Assembly (NCBI GenBank): GCA_046598945.1
Contig: JBKJHT010000050.1
Location: forward strand, 1,746 to 65,745
Source: Burkholderiales bacterium
GTDB taxonomy: Bacteria; Pseudomonadota; Gammaproteobacteria; Burkholderiales; JALYOK01
Length of the DNA: 64,000 nt
Reading direction: 5' to 3'
This document shows, in pieces, positions 55,000 to 64,000 of this stretch. Numbering within the stretch: the first letter of the stretch is position 1; the number at the start of each line of letters is the position of its first letter. The notes beneath the pieces are model-generated. The model was not told the DNA's origin and did no database searches. It saw only the letters and a list, made by a program, of their open reading frames with translations. The translations under genes were made by a program, and so were the position numbers.

Positions 55000-55734
55000 C
55001 TATTCATCGCCGTAGACTCGGAAGTATTCCGTTGCATGTGTCATGTAGAGATCGGTGTAAAGATTGTAAATCTCAAACCAATCTAATCCCTTTATCGGCC
55101 CTGTTTCATTCTTCGTACCAAGGAAAAAATCTATAGCGTGTGGGTGCGAGAGTTTGTTTAGATAAGACCAAATTACGGTCAGGGTGAAATTGGAAAATGG
55201 AAATTCAAGAAGGTTGGATGCATGTTCTTCGTCCTTCGGGAAGGAGGTTCTTGGCCGGCTACACACCGCCATGAATCGCAGTTGTCCCTGGCTGGGATCA
55301 TATTGACCAAGTGAAACGAGATTATCGTCGCAGGACTCTGGAATTACGTAACGTTCTCTCGATAGATCTCCGCAAACTCGAAACAGCACGGGAATGAATA
55401 GATTGTCTTGCTTAATGCCGGTCGTAACCTGGCAACTATCCTCTTTTCGATCGACGAACACTTGGGTTCGTTTGATGACATTGACGTTCAAGCTCCTGGA
55501 ACTGGTGTGAACGGAGATATGCTTTTCGCAGTCGTCAAACGCGGATTCGTCGCTGAGGGCGACAAGATCGTTTAGCGTCTTGCCCGTATAAGTGCGACCA
55601 CCGCTCGTTATGTGAATATTTAGATCGCCGGCCTTTTGCTCAGAGACGGCGAATACCGTTCTTGGTGTTCCATTTACATCGATGACAAAACGCACGCGCA
55701 TCTCACCCCTAACGTATAGGATTTTATCCGGCAT
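55000..55734 (-). CDS. hypothetical 244-aa cytoplasmic protein, no recognisable domain
   Basis: MPDKILYVRGEMRVRFVIDVNGTPRTVFAVSEQKAGDLNIHITSGG... AT-richer codon usage than its neighbours. No signal peptide or TM segment. Confidence 0.55.
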   Translation of the reverse strand: MPDKILYVRGEMRVRFVIDVNGTPRTVFAVSEQKAGDLNIHITSGGRTYTGKTLNDLVALSDESAFDDCEKHISVHTSSRSLNVNVIKRTQVFVDRKEDSCQVTTGIKQDNLFIPVLFRVCGDLSRERYVIPESCDDNLVSLGQYDPSQGQLRFMAVCSRPRTSFPKDEEHASNLLEFPFSNFTLTVIWSYLNKLSHPHAIDFFLGTKNETGPIKGLDWFEIYNLYTDLYMTHATEYFRVYGDE

Positions 55735-56025
55735 GCGAATGCATGGTGGATAAAATCAGTTGAACTGAACCGCTGTAGTCAGGGCGCGGTGGTCTGGAGA
55801 TTATAAGGGCGCTGGCGAGCCGAGCCACGCCGCCCGGACAGGCAATCAACGTAGGGCCAAGGCGCAGGGGCGACATCATGGGCGCGTGAGCGATCCTCAA
55901 TAGATGCGATGACTATGACAGATGCGCATTTCTGGGTCAACGGTGCGACTGAGGACTAACAGTCTCTTGCCGTTGTCGTACCGCGCGCGTCGTGGCATAA
56001 TTTCCGTTTTACTTTTCACCTCGCC

Positions 56026-57435
56026 ATGGCTGCTCTTACCCTCTACGATAAACTTTGGAACGCTCATCTTGTTCATGAGGACTCCGACGGCACGGCGTTG
56101 ATTTACATCGACCGGCATTTGGTGCATGAAGTCACCAGTCCCCAGGCATTCGAAGGCCTGCGCCTCGCCGGGCGACAGCCGTGGCGCATCGGTTCGGTGG
56201 TCGCGACGGCGGATCACAACACGCCGACCAAAGATTGGGATCAAGGCATCAAGGATCCGATTTCGCGCACGCAAGTGGAAACACTCGACGCGAATATCAA
56301 GGCGTTCGGCGCCAAGGCCTATTTTCCGTTTCTCGATAAACGCCAGGGCATCGTCCATGTGATCGGCCCGGAGCAGGGCGCGACCTTGCCAGGCATGACG
56401 GTCGTGTGCGGCGATTCCCACACCAGCACCCACGGCGCGTTTGCCGCGCTGGCGATGGGCATTGGCACCAGCGAAGTCGAGCACGTGCTGGCTACACAAA
56501 CTTTGGTGCAGAAAAAAGCCAAGGCGATGTTGGTGCGCGTCGAAGGTTCGCTGTCGAAATTCGTCACGGCGAAAGATGTCGCCCTCGCGGTCATCGGCAA
56601 GATCGGCACCGCAGGCGGCACGGGTCACGCAATCGAATTCGCCGGCAGCGCGATTCGCGGCTTGTCGATGGAAGGCCGTATGACGTTATGCAACATGGCG
56701 ATCGAGGCGGGCGCGCGCGCCGGCATGATCGCCGCCGACGAGACGACGGTTCAATACGTCAAAGGTCGCTCGTTTGCGCCGAAGGGCGAGGATTGGGACA
56801 AAGCCGTCGCCTATTGGCGCACGCTGCATTCCGACGATGGCGCGCGCTTCGATAGCGTCGTCGAAATCGATGCGACAACTATCACGCCGCTGGTCACGTG
56901 GGGAACCTCGCCGGAAATGGTCGTGGCCGTTACCGATCGCGTGCCCGATCCCGATAAAGTTAAAGATGCGACTAAGCGCGAAGGTATGGAGCGCGCGTTG
57001 ACCTATATGGGCCTCACGCCAGGTACGCCGATTACGTCCATCAATGTTGACAAGATTTTTATCGGCTCATGCACCAATTCGCGTATCGAGGATTTGCGCG
57101 CTGCGGCGTCTGTCGTTAAAGGCCGTCGCATCGCCGGCAATATCAAACTCGCGATGGTGGTGCCCGGTTCCGGCCTGGTGAAAGCGCAGGCCGAGCAGGA
57201 GGGTTTGGACAAAATTTTTGTCGCGGCTGGATTTGAATGGCGCGAGCCGGGTTGCTCGATGTGCTTGGGCATGAACGAGGATCAACTCTCGCCGGGCGAG
57301 CGTTGCGCGTCAACGTCGAATCGCAACTTCGAGGGCCGCCAGGGCACGGGCGGGCGCACGCATTTGGTCAGTCCGGCGATGGCTGCCGCAGCGGCGATTG
57401 CCGGGCATTTCGTCGACGTCAGAACGTTGTTATAG
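56026..57435 (+). CDS. leuC: 3-isopropylmalate dehydratase large subunit
   Basis: 469 aa. LYDKLWNAH..., Fe-S ligands in [11 protein letters not shown] and GCSMCLGMN. Confidence 0.97.
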   Translation: MAALTLYDKLWNAHLVHEDSDGTALIYIDRHLVHEVTSPQAFEGLRLAGRQPWRIGSVVATADHNTPTKDWDQGIKDPISRTQVETLDANIKAFGAKAYFPFLDKRQGIVHVIGPEQGATLPGMTVVCGDSHTSTHGAFAALAMGIGTSEVEHVLATQTLVQKKAKAMLVRVEGSLSKFVTAKDVALAVIGKIGTAGGTGHAIEFAGSAIRGLSMEGRMTLCNMAIEAGARAGMIAADETTVQYVKGRSFAPKGEDWDKAVAYWRTLHSDDGARFDSVVEIDATTITPLVTWGTSPEMVVAVTDRVPDPDKVKDATKREGMERALTYMGLTPGTPITSINVDKIFIGSCTNSRIEDLRAAASVVKGRRIAGNIKLAMVVPGSGLVKAQAEQEGLDKIFVAAGFEWREPGCSMCLGMNEDQLSPGERCASTSNRNFEGRQGTGGRTHLVSPAMAAAAAIAGHFVDVRTLL

Positions 57436-57442
57436 AGCGAAC

Positions 57443-58081
57443 ATGGAAAAATTTACTCGTTTAAAAGGATTGGTCGCGCCGCTGGATCGCGCCAACGTCG
57501 ATACCGATGCGATTATTCCGAAGCAGTTCTTGAAATCGATCAAGCGCACCGGCTTCGGGCCGAATTTGTTCGATGCGTGGCGCTATATGGATCGCGGTGA
57601 GCCGGGGCGGGACAATAGTTCGCGACCGCTTAACCCTGACTTTGTGCTGAATCAGCCGCGCTACCAAGGCGCTGAGATTTTAGTGACGCGGGAAAATTTC
57701 GGCTGCGGCTCCAGCCGCGAACATGCGCCTTGGGCGCTGATGGATTACGGTTTTCGTGTGGTCATCGCGTCGAGTTTTGCCGATATATTTTTTAACAACT
57801 GTTTCAAGAACGGTTTGTTGCCGATTGTGCTCGGCGCTAGCGAAGTCGATCGCTTGTTCGCAGAAGCGGCGCCCACTGCGGGTTATCGCTTGACCGTCGA
57901 CCTTGACGCGCAAACCGTGGTGACGCCATCCGGTACAGCCTATCGCTTCGAGATCGATGCGTTCCGCAAATATTGTTTGTTGAACGGCTTGGACGAGATC
58001 AGCCTGACCTTGAAGAATGCCGACAAAATTCGCGCGTACGAGGAATTGCGCAAAGTGCGTGAACCTTGGATTTTTGCTTAG
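57443..58081 (+). CDS. leuD: 3-isopropylmalate dehydratase small subunit
   Basis: Start at [31 protein letters not shown] (ATG 57443, 8 nt after the leuC stop). [17 protein letters not shown]. Confidence 0.95.
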   Translation: MEKFTRLKGLVAPLDRANVDTDAIIPKQFLKSIKRTGFGPNLFDAWRYMDRGEPGRDNSSRPLNPDFVLNQPRYQGAEILVTRENFGCGSSREHAPWALMDYGFRVVIASSFADIFFNNCFKNGLLPIVLGASEVDRLFAEAAPTAGYRLTVDLDAQTVVTPSGTAYRFEIDAFRKYCLLNGLDEISLTLKNADKIRAYEELRKVREPWIFA

Positions 58082-58090
58082 AGACGAAAA

Positions 58091-59161
58091 ATGAAAATAG
58101 CGATATTGCCGGGTGACGGCATCGGCCACGAGATTATGCTGGAAGCACTACGGGTGCTGGATGTGCTGCGCGCGGATGGTTTGAAATTCGAAACGGAAAA
58201 AGCCTCCGTCGGCGGTACGGCTTTTGACGAAACCGGCGTGCCGTTGCCGGACGCGACGTTGAAACTTTGTCAGCAAGCCGATGCGGTGCTGTTCGGCGCC
58301 GTCGGCGGCACGCAGTACGATGCGCTGCCGCGCGATAAACGTCCGGAGCAGGCGATTTTGGGCTTGCGCAAAAACATGCAACTGTTCGCAAACCTGCGCC
58401 CCGCCTTGCTTTACCCGGAATTGGCGAATGCATCTAGCTTAAAGCCGGAAATCGTCGCAGGATTGGATTTGATGATCATCCGCGAATTGACCGGCGATAT
58501 TTATTTCGGCACACCGCGTGGCGTTCACAAAGACGAGAACGGCGAGCGCGTCGGCGTCAACACCATGACGTATCGCGAATCGGAAATTCGCCGCATTGCG
58601 CATGTCGGTTTTCAAACGGCGATGAAGCGTGGCAAGCGTTTGTGTTCCGTCGACAAAATGAATGTGTTGGAGACGACGCAGTTATGGCGCGATGTCGTGA
58701 TCGAAGTCGCCAAGGAGTATCCGCAAGTCGAGCTGAGTCATATTTTGGTCGACAACTGCGCCATGCAGTTGGTGCGCAATCCGAAGCAATTCGACACCCT
58801 GGTGACGGGTAATTTGTTCGGCGATATTTTGTCGGACGAAGCGTCAATGCTGACCGGTTCCATCGGCATGTTGCCCTCGGCGTCGCTGGACGCGAGCAAT
58901 AAAGGCTTATATGAGCCGATCCACGGCTCCGCGCCGGACATCGCGGGCAAAGGCGTGGCCAATCCGATGGCGATGATGTTGTCTGCGGCGATGATGTTGC
59001 GCTATACCTTCAGCAAGACGGACGAGGCGAATCGCATCGAGAACGCGGTGCGCAACGTTTTGTCCCAGGGTTATCGTACCGGCGATATTTTCGAGCCGGG
59101 AATGAAGAAGATTGGGACAAAGGAAATGGGCGATGCGGTGGTGAAGGCCATGCAAGGATGA
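58091..59161 (+). CDS. leuB: 3-isopropylmalate dehydrogenase
   Basis: 356 aa. [15 protein letters not shown]..., [26 protein letters not shown]. Confidence 0.97.
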   Translation: MKIAILPGDGIGHEIMLEALRVLDVLRADGLKFETEKASVGGTAFDETGVPLPDATLKLCQQADAVLFGAVGGTQYDALPRDKRPEQAILGLRKNMQLFANLRPALLYPELANASSLKPEIVAGLDLMIIRELTGDIYFGTPRGVHKDENGERVGVNTMTYRESEIRRIAHVGFQTAMKRGKRLCSVDKMNVLETTQLWRDVVIEVAKEYPQVELSHILVDNCAMQLVRNPKQFDTLVTGNLFGDILSDEASMLTGSIGMLPSASLDASNKGLYEPIHGSAPDIAGKGVANPMAMMLSAAMMLRYTFSKTDEANRIENAVRNVLSQGYRTGDIFEPGMKKIGTKEMGDAVVKAMQG

Positions 59162-59360
59162 AGGACGAAAGACAAGGATGAGGGATGAAGGATGAAAAAA
59201 AGCGCGGGATGCATGTGCTGCGAGGTAATATCGGTGCGGCTTCTGGCATGGCGTTGGCTCTAAGCCAAGCAGGATGCGGCTTGCAGGCCGGTGAGTTTTT
59301 AAATTCATCCTTCCGCCTTCATCCTTCATCCTTGTCGTTCATCCTTCCGCCTTCATCCTT
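59155..59360. repeat. large imperfect palindrome built from GGATGAAGG-type units, filling the leuB-asd spacer
   Basis: Left arm AGGATGAAGGACGAAAGACAAGGATGAGGGATGAAGGATGAA. Right arm TTCATCCTTCCGCCTTCATCCTTCATCCTTGTCGTTCATCCTTCCGCCTTCATCC. The ~105-nt centre is not repeated. Confidence 0.7.
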
Positions 59361-59381
59361 TTTATTTGATACGGGTTTAAT

Positions 59382-60488
59382 GTGAAAAAAGTAGGTCTAG
59401 TAGGTTGGCGCGGTATGGTCGGTTCGGTGTTGATGCAGCGTATGAACGAAGCGCGGGACTTCGATCATATCGAGCCGGTGTTTTTTTCTACTTCGGCGCC
59501 GGGTAAATCCGGGCCGAAAGAATCGAACGGCGCGCTGTTGTCCGACGGCAACAATGTCGCGCAGCTCAAGATGATGGACATCATCATCACCTGCCAGGGT
59601 GGCGATTACACTAACGAGGTTTATCCCAAGCTGCGCGCGGCGGGTTGGAACGGCTATTGGATCGACGCGGCTTCGGCGCTGCGCATGGATAACGATAGCG
59701 TCATCATCCTTGATCCAGTGAATCCCAATGTCATTAAGGACGCGCTCAAAGCCGGCGGCAAGACTTACGTCGGCGGAAATTGCACGGTGAGCTTAATGTT
59801 GATGGCCTTGTCGGGGTTGTTTCAGCGCGGTTACGTCGAATGGATTACGGCGATGACCTACCAGGCCGCATCGGGCGCGGGCGCGCAGAACATGCGCGAA
59901 CTGATCGCGCAAATGGGCGCAACCCATGCGGCGGTCAAAACCAAGCTTGAAGATCCGGCGTCGGCCATTCTCGATATCGATCGCGCCGTCGCGGATACGT
60001 TAGTAAGCGACGCGATGCCAATGGCCAATTTTGGTTATGCCCTTGCTGGCAGCTTGCTGCCGTGGATTGACAAGGATTTAGGTAACGGCCAAAGCCGCGA
60101 AGAGTGGAAGGCGATGGCGGAGGCGAATAAGATTCTGGGTACCACGGCGAAGCCGATTCCGGTGGACGGCATTTGCGTGCGCATCGGCGCCATGCGCTGC
60201 CATAGTCAAGCGCTAACCATTAAGCTCAATCGCGACGTGCCGCTGGACGAAATCGAAGGCATGCTCGGCGCGGCTCATGCGTGGGCAAAAGTGATCCCCA
60301 ATCGCCGCGACGATAGTCTGCGTGAATTAACGCCTGCGGCAGTCACGGGAAAGCTCACCACCCCGGTTGGACGTCTGCGAAAATTACCCATGGGCGGGGA
60401 GTACTTGACCGCGTTTACGGTGGGAGATCACTTGTTGTGGGGCGCCGCAGAACCGTTGCGGCGCATGCTGCGCATTCTCATCGATTAA
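59382..60488 (+). CDS. asd: aspartate-semialdehyde dehydrogenase
   Basis: 368 aa, GTG start. [27 protein letters not shown] (active-site Cys). Confidence 0.95.
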   Translation: MKKVGLVGWRGMVGSVLMQRMNEARDFDHIEPVFFSTSAPGKSGPKESNGALLSDGNNVAQLKMMDIIITCQGGDYTNEVYPKLRAAGWNGYWIDAASALRMDNDSVIILDPVNPNVIKDALKAGGKTYVGGNCTVSLMLMALSGLFQRGYVEWITAMTYQAASGAGAQNMRELIAQMGATHAAVKTKLEDPASAILDIDRAVADTLVSDAMPMANFGYALAGSLLPWIDKDLGNGQSREEWKAMAEANKILGTTAKPIPVDGICVRIGAMRCHSQALTIKLNRDVPLDEIEGMLGAAHAWAKVIPNRRDDSLRELTPAAVTGKLTTPVGRLRKLPMGGEYLTAFTVGDHLLWGAAEPLRRMLRILID

Positions 60489-60702
60489 GGATTAGCCGCG
60501 GCGAGACGTGAGTTGTTTTGTAGACTGAATTCGTTGCTGTCAGAAACACGACGCTCCTGGTGATTCGCTCGCAAAAATCAAGATTTTGGTTGACAAGGGT
60601 AGCCGTTAGGGCGAACTATTACAGTAGTTTTGAGCTTGCATCTGTAACTAATTGATGTTATTTTGAAACCTTAAGATTAACCTTTGAGCGAATCTATCGG
60701 AT

Positions 60703-63390
60703 ATGCGAGGAATTAAACTCTTTCGCCGCGCGGCAGTGATTGCCGCAATTTCGCTGTTGCCAAGCCTGGCTACGGCGGCCGGTTTAGGAAAAATTAATGT
60801 AATGTCTGCCCTCGGGCAGCCCTTATTGGCTGAGATCGATCTGGTGTCGGTTAGCGCGGAGGAGATGCCTTCTCTAGCGGCACGGCTGGCGTCGCAAGAT
60901 GCCTATCGCGAGGCAAACGTCGCGTACCCGAACGGGCTCGGCAATTTTCGCTTTGTGGTCGAAAAACGCGCAAACGGTCAGCCCTATCTGAAGGTGATGT
61001 CCAATCAGCCGATTAACGAGCCTTTCCTCGATTTATTAATTGAGTTGAATTGGGCATCGGGTCGGTTGTTGCGCGAATATCCCGTGTTACTCGACCCACC
61101 GGGATATAACGTGGCGAAGTCGCAATCGCCGACGGTTACCGCGCCGCAAATCGCGACCACTCCCGTACCGCGCAGCAATCGCGCGCCCGCTGGCGCCGCA
61201 GTGCCGGCGCCAAAAGAACGGATGGCTACGGAGGCAGCACCAGCGGCTCAAAGGCCACGCGATGCGTCAACTCCTGCCAGCGCGAATGAAAGTGCCGATA
61301 CCTATGGTCCCGTTAAATCTGGCGAGACGTTGGGCGGAATTGCCGAGTCGACGCGACCACCCGACGTAACGCTGGATCAGATGTTGGTATCGCTTTATCG
61401 CGAGAACAAGGGCGCGTTTAGCGGTCAAAACATGAACCGCATGAAAAAGGGCATGATTTTGAAAGTGCCCGACGCCGCGACATTAGCAGAAGTCAATCCG
61501 GCTGCGGCGAAGCGTGAAGTTGTCGCACAAACTGCCGATTGGAATGCCTATCGCAAGCGTCTGGCTAACGTCGCTGCACGAGGTGCGGCGCAAGGCGACA
61601 AACCGGGTCAGACGGCCGGGGGCGCGATCGATACCAAGGTCACCGACGATAAGGCGCCGCCGGAAAACGGCAAGGACGTATTGAAACTGTCCAAAGGACA
61701 GGCCGCTGCGGACAAACCAGGGGTCGCCGGCAAAGGCAGCGGCGAAAAGCTTAGCGCTTTACAGGAAGACGTCGCTACTCGTGATCAAGCCTTGCAGGAG
61801 GCACGCGCGCGCATTACCGCGCTTGAGCAACAAATTAACGACATGCGTCGGTTGATCGAGTTGAAGGGCGCACCGGTTACGGTGGAAAAACCGGCGCCGC
61901 CGAGCGTCGCGAATACACCTCCTGTCGATAAACCGACGGCAGTGGTGACGCCGCCGGTCGAACCAAAGCCGGCAATGGAATCGAAGCCGATTACGCCGGG
62001 AGAAATTCAGCCTGAACCGAAACCCGCCGACGTGGAGAGTGCGACGCCGGTCGAGGCGCCGCCCGTGATGAAAAAACCGAAACGCGTGATGCCACCACCG
62101 ACTCCGGTTGAGGAAGCGGGTTTACTCGATGATTTAATGGGCAATCCGCTCATCCCAGCGGCCGGTGCCGCCCTGCTAGGTTTGTTAGGATTTTTAGGCT
62201 ACCGTCAGTTCCGCAAACGTAAGGACGCGCAGCTCGGCGCATTTACCGCCACGGGCGCGATTCCCGGCGGGTTCAAGGTCGGGCAGGCGGCGGCGCGGGC
62301 TTCGGCACCGATACCCGATGCGGAAAATAGCTCCTTCCTGAGCGATTTCGATAAGGTGGGTGGCGGCAATATCGATACCGATGAAGTCGATCCCGTTGCG
62401 GAGGCGGATGTCTACATCGCTTACGGTCGCGATGCCCAGGCGGAAGAGATTCTGAAAGAAGCGATGCTCAAAGACTCATCGCGTTATGAAATCCCGCTGA
62501 AATTGCTGGAAATTTACGCCAACCGTAAGAGTACGCAGTCGTTTGAGTCGGTGGCGAAACAGTTGCACACGACGATTGGTGCGCAACATCCGGTGTGGGC
62601 AAAAGTGGCTGACATGGGCCGCAAAATCGATGCCGGAAATGCCCTGTATGCATCGGCCAACATTAATCCTGCTGACGATTACGTTGGCGATAGTACGGTG
62701 GTTCGCGCCGCCGGAGCGCTGGCAATGCCGAAACCAGCGCAAGACGTTCCGGCGGCGATGCGCGATACATTAACCGTCAAAGAGCCGATGCTTTCGAACG
62801 CGCCGCTCGACCTTGATTTGGATTTTGATGCGGCGCCGGCGCAAGCAAAATCAGCCACGGCAGGAAATCTCGCGCCTAACATCGGTATGCTCGATCTTGA
62901 TTTAGGCAGCGCGAGCGACCAAGCCGCCGGCGATATGGACCTCGGAACACAAGAGAAGTCCAGCACCACCGGTGATCCATTTGTCCTCGATTTTGATCTC
63001 GATTCTCCCAGACCTGCGGCTGCAGAGCCTGCGAAAGCAGTAGCAGAAGCGGCACCGACAATGTTTGACAGCGGCGGATTGGATTTTCAGCTCGACATCG
63101 ACGAACCATCGGTTAGCCCGACCTTCGCGGCGATCGCACCAAGTTTGCCGGTAGATCTGCCCGCTTTGGATATTTCCGATATCGATTTAGACTTAGGTTC
63201 CGCAAACGATAACGCCGCGTCGGCGAACAATGGCGCCGCTTGGCAAAGCGCCGAAACCAAGCTGGATCTCGCGCGGGCTTATCTCGAAATCGGCGATAAA
63301 ATCGGCGCGGTAGAGATATTGCAGGAAGTCATCAAAGAAGGTTCTCTCGAGCAGCAAGAAGTAGCAAAAAAACTCGCCGCGCAAGCCTAA
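60703..63390 (+). CDS. fimV: FimV-family peptidoglycan-binding motility/pilus assembly protein
   Basis: 895 aa. Signal peptide. LysM-like YGPVKSGETLGGIAE...MILKVP. Pro/Ala-rich linker, TM segment, acidic repeats. C-terminal FimV motif KLDLARAYLEIGDKIGAVEILQEVIKEG. Confidence 0.9.
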   Translation: MRGIKLFRRAAVIAAISLLPSLATAAGLGKINVMSALGQPLLAEIDLVSVSAEEMPSLAARLASQDAYREANVAYPNGLGNFRFVVEKRANGQPYLKVMSNQPINEPFLDLLIELNWASGRLLREYPVLLDPPGYNVAKSQSPTVTAPQIATTPVPRSNRAPAGAAVPAPKERMATEAAPAAQRPRDASTPASANESADTYGPVKSGETLGGIAESTRPPDVTLDQMLVSLYRENKGAFSGQNMNRMKKGMILKVPDAATLAEVNPAAAKREVVAQTADWNAYRKRLANVAARGAAQGDKPGQTAGGAIDTKVTDDKAPPENGKDVLKLSKGQAAADKPGVAGKGSGEKLSALQEDVATRDQALQEARARITALEQQINDMRRLIELKGAPVTVEKPAPPSVANTPPVDKPTAVVTPPVEPKPAMESKPITPGEIQPEPKPADVESATPVEAPPVMKKPKRVMPPPTPVEEAGLLDDLMGNPLIPAAGAALLGLLGFLGYRQFRKRKDAQLGAFTATGAIPGGFKVGQAAARASAPIPDAENSSFLSDFDKVGGGNIDTDEVDPVAEADVYIAYGRDAQAEEILKEAMLKDSSRYEIPLKLLEIYANRKSTQSFESVAKQLHTTIGAQHPVWAKVADMGRKIDAGNALYASANINPADDYVGDSTVVRAAGALAMPKPAQDVPAAMRDTLTVKEPMLSNAPLDLDLDFDAAPAQAKSATAGNLAPNIGMLDLDLGSASDQAAGDMDLGTQEKSSTTGDPFVLDFDLDSPRPAAAEPAKAVAEAAPTMFDSGGLDFQLDIDEPSVSPTFAAIAPSLPVDLPALDISDIDLDLGSANDNAASANNGAAWQSAETKLDLARAYLEIGDKIGAVEILQEVIKEGSLEQQEVAKKLAAQA

Positions 63391-63401
63391 GCCGGATACA
63401 C

Positions 63402-63423
63402 TGTGCGCACCAAAAGGCGCACA
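63402..63423 (+). terminator. 7-bp hairpin after fimV (weak, no clear U-tract)
   Basis: TGTGCGC-accaaaag-GCGCACA. Confidence 0.3.
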
Positions 63424-63428
63424 ACGGC

Positions 63429-63944
63429 ATGGCATTGTTTTCCTCTTTACGCATTCTCCTAGGGCTGAGCTTAATTGTAATAAGCTCGGCCTTGGATGTT
63501 TTTCCGCTCATCGCTACTACTCTCGCACTCGGACTGTATTTGTACTTTCGGAGTGATGGGGTCGCGTGGCGTTGGGTGCGCCGAGCGCGTTACTTGCTCA
63601 TCATCCCGGCGCTGATTACTGGTTATACAAGCGCCGGAACGGGTGTGATTCCGAATCTTGACGTGTGGTCGCCAACGTGGGAGGGACTCGCGCTGGGCGG
63701 TGGGCAGTCGCTGCGCCTCCTTGTGGCATTGCTCGCGCTGCGAGTATCGCTGAAGGGATTATCGTTGGAGAATTTGAGTCAAGGCTTACTCAGCTTAATG
63801 TCCCCACTTGGCCATATTGGCTTAAACGTCGAACGCGCCGCGCGACGCTTGACCTTAACTTTCATTTATCTCAATCGCCTGGATGGTCGTAGCGCACGCG
63901 ATCTTTTGCTCGGTTTCCAGCAACGCTACCCGCCGTTGAAGTGA
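63429..63944 (+). CDS. hypothetical integral membrane protein (faint CbiQ/EcfT-like pattern)
   Basis: 171 aa with several hydrophobic segments. Family assignment uncertain. Confidence 0.4.
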   Translation: MALFSSLRILLGLSLIVISSALDVFPLIATTLALGLYLYFRSDGVAWRWVRRARYLLIIPALITGYTSAGTGVIPNLDVWSPTWEGLALGGGQSLRLLVALLALRVSLKGLSLENLSQGLLSLMSPLGHIGLNVERAARRLTLTFIYLNRLDGRSARDLLLGFQQRYPPLK

Positions 63945-64000
63945 GACTGATGCGCACTTTCCTTTTTTATTTTGTTGCTTAATCCGGTGAGGATCGCGCT

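Noticed and set aside
59155-59360. Possible CRISPR array because of repeated GGATGAAGG units
   Set aside because: The units are short, irregular and arranged as an inverted repeat. There are no regularly spaced direct repeats with unique spacers and no cas genes nearby.
1-64000. tRNA, rRNA, tmRNA, integrase or att sites as island anchors
   Set aside because: I spotted no T-loop/acceptor-stem pattern (GGTTCGAATCC-like with a matching stem) and no rRNA-like stretch by eye. No tyrosine or serine recombinase ORF is in the track. A proper tRNAscan/Infernal run is needed to be sure.

Overview
High-GC proteobacterial chromosome segment with about 60 credible genes. The leuC-leuD-leuB-asd-fimV synteny and a soxXYZAB cluster suggest a sulfur-oxidising beta- or gammaproteobacterium, but that is inference only.

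Core content:
- A long minus-strand block at 2.5-8.4 kb: PhnD-like binding protein, PQQ sugar dehydrogenase, DUF2147, SDR, three tandem Cys-rich secreted paralogs, thiolase.
- nadB-nnr, moaC, a BepA-like M48 protease, soxXYZAB, and a MacAB-like efflux system.
- A nitrate-type ABC transporter with an embedded porin gene, preceded by nasT and an ANTAR-type leader.
- Two PQQ alcohol-dehydrogenase plus cytochrome c modules.
- A Liv-type ABC transporter interleaved with two acyl-adenylate ligases.
- A hydratase, GST and hppD, then leuCDB-asd-fimV.

Accessory or decayed patches:
- 1-1.9 kb: the inner end of a Tn3-family transposon carrying an unrecognised operon that runs off the window. It abuts parD and a nonsense-mutated parE.
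- 11.9-13.4 kb: hsdR and fic remnants.
- 28.4-31.95 kb: a mobile-element junkyard. It holds an IS1182/IS5-like remnant, an ISL3 fragment, a disrupted two-gene module, an intact Phd/PIN pair and a second Tn3-type IR.
- 49.2-50.5 kb: an IS91-family remnant.
- 54.5-55.7 kb: an AT-richer two-gene islet of unknown function.

I noticed no rRNA, tRNA or CRISPR array. Intergenic DNA carries several palindromic REP/MITE-like repeat families.

I did not find a clear complete novel system. The best unexplained candidates are the transposon-borne operon at the left edge, the Cys-rich paralog triplet, the AT-rich islet, and the atypical PQQ dehydrogenase at 33.4-35.1 kb.
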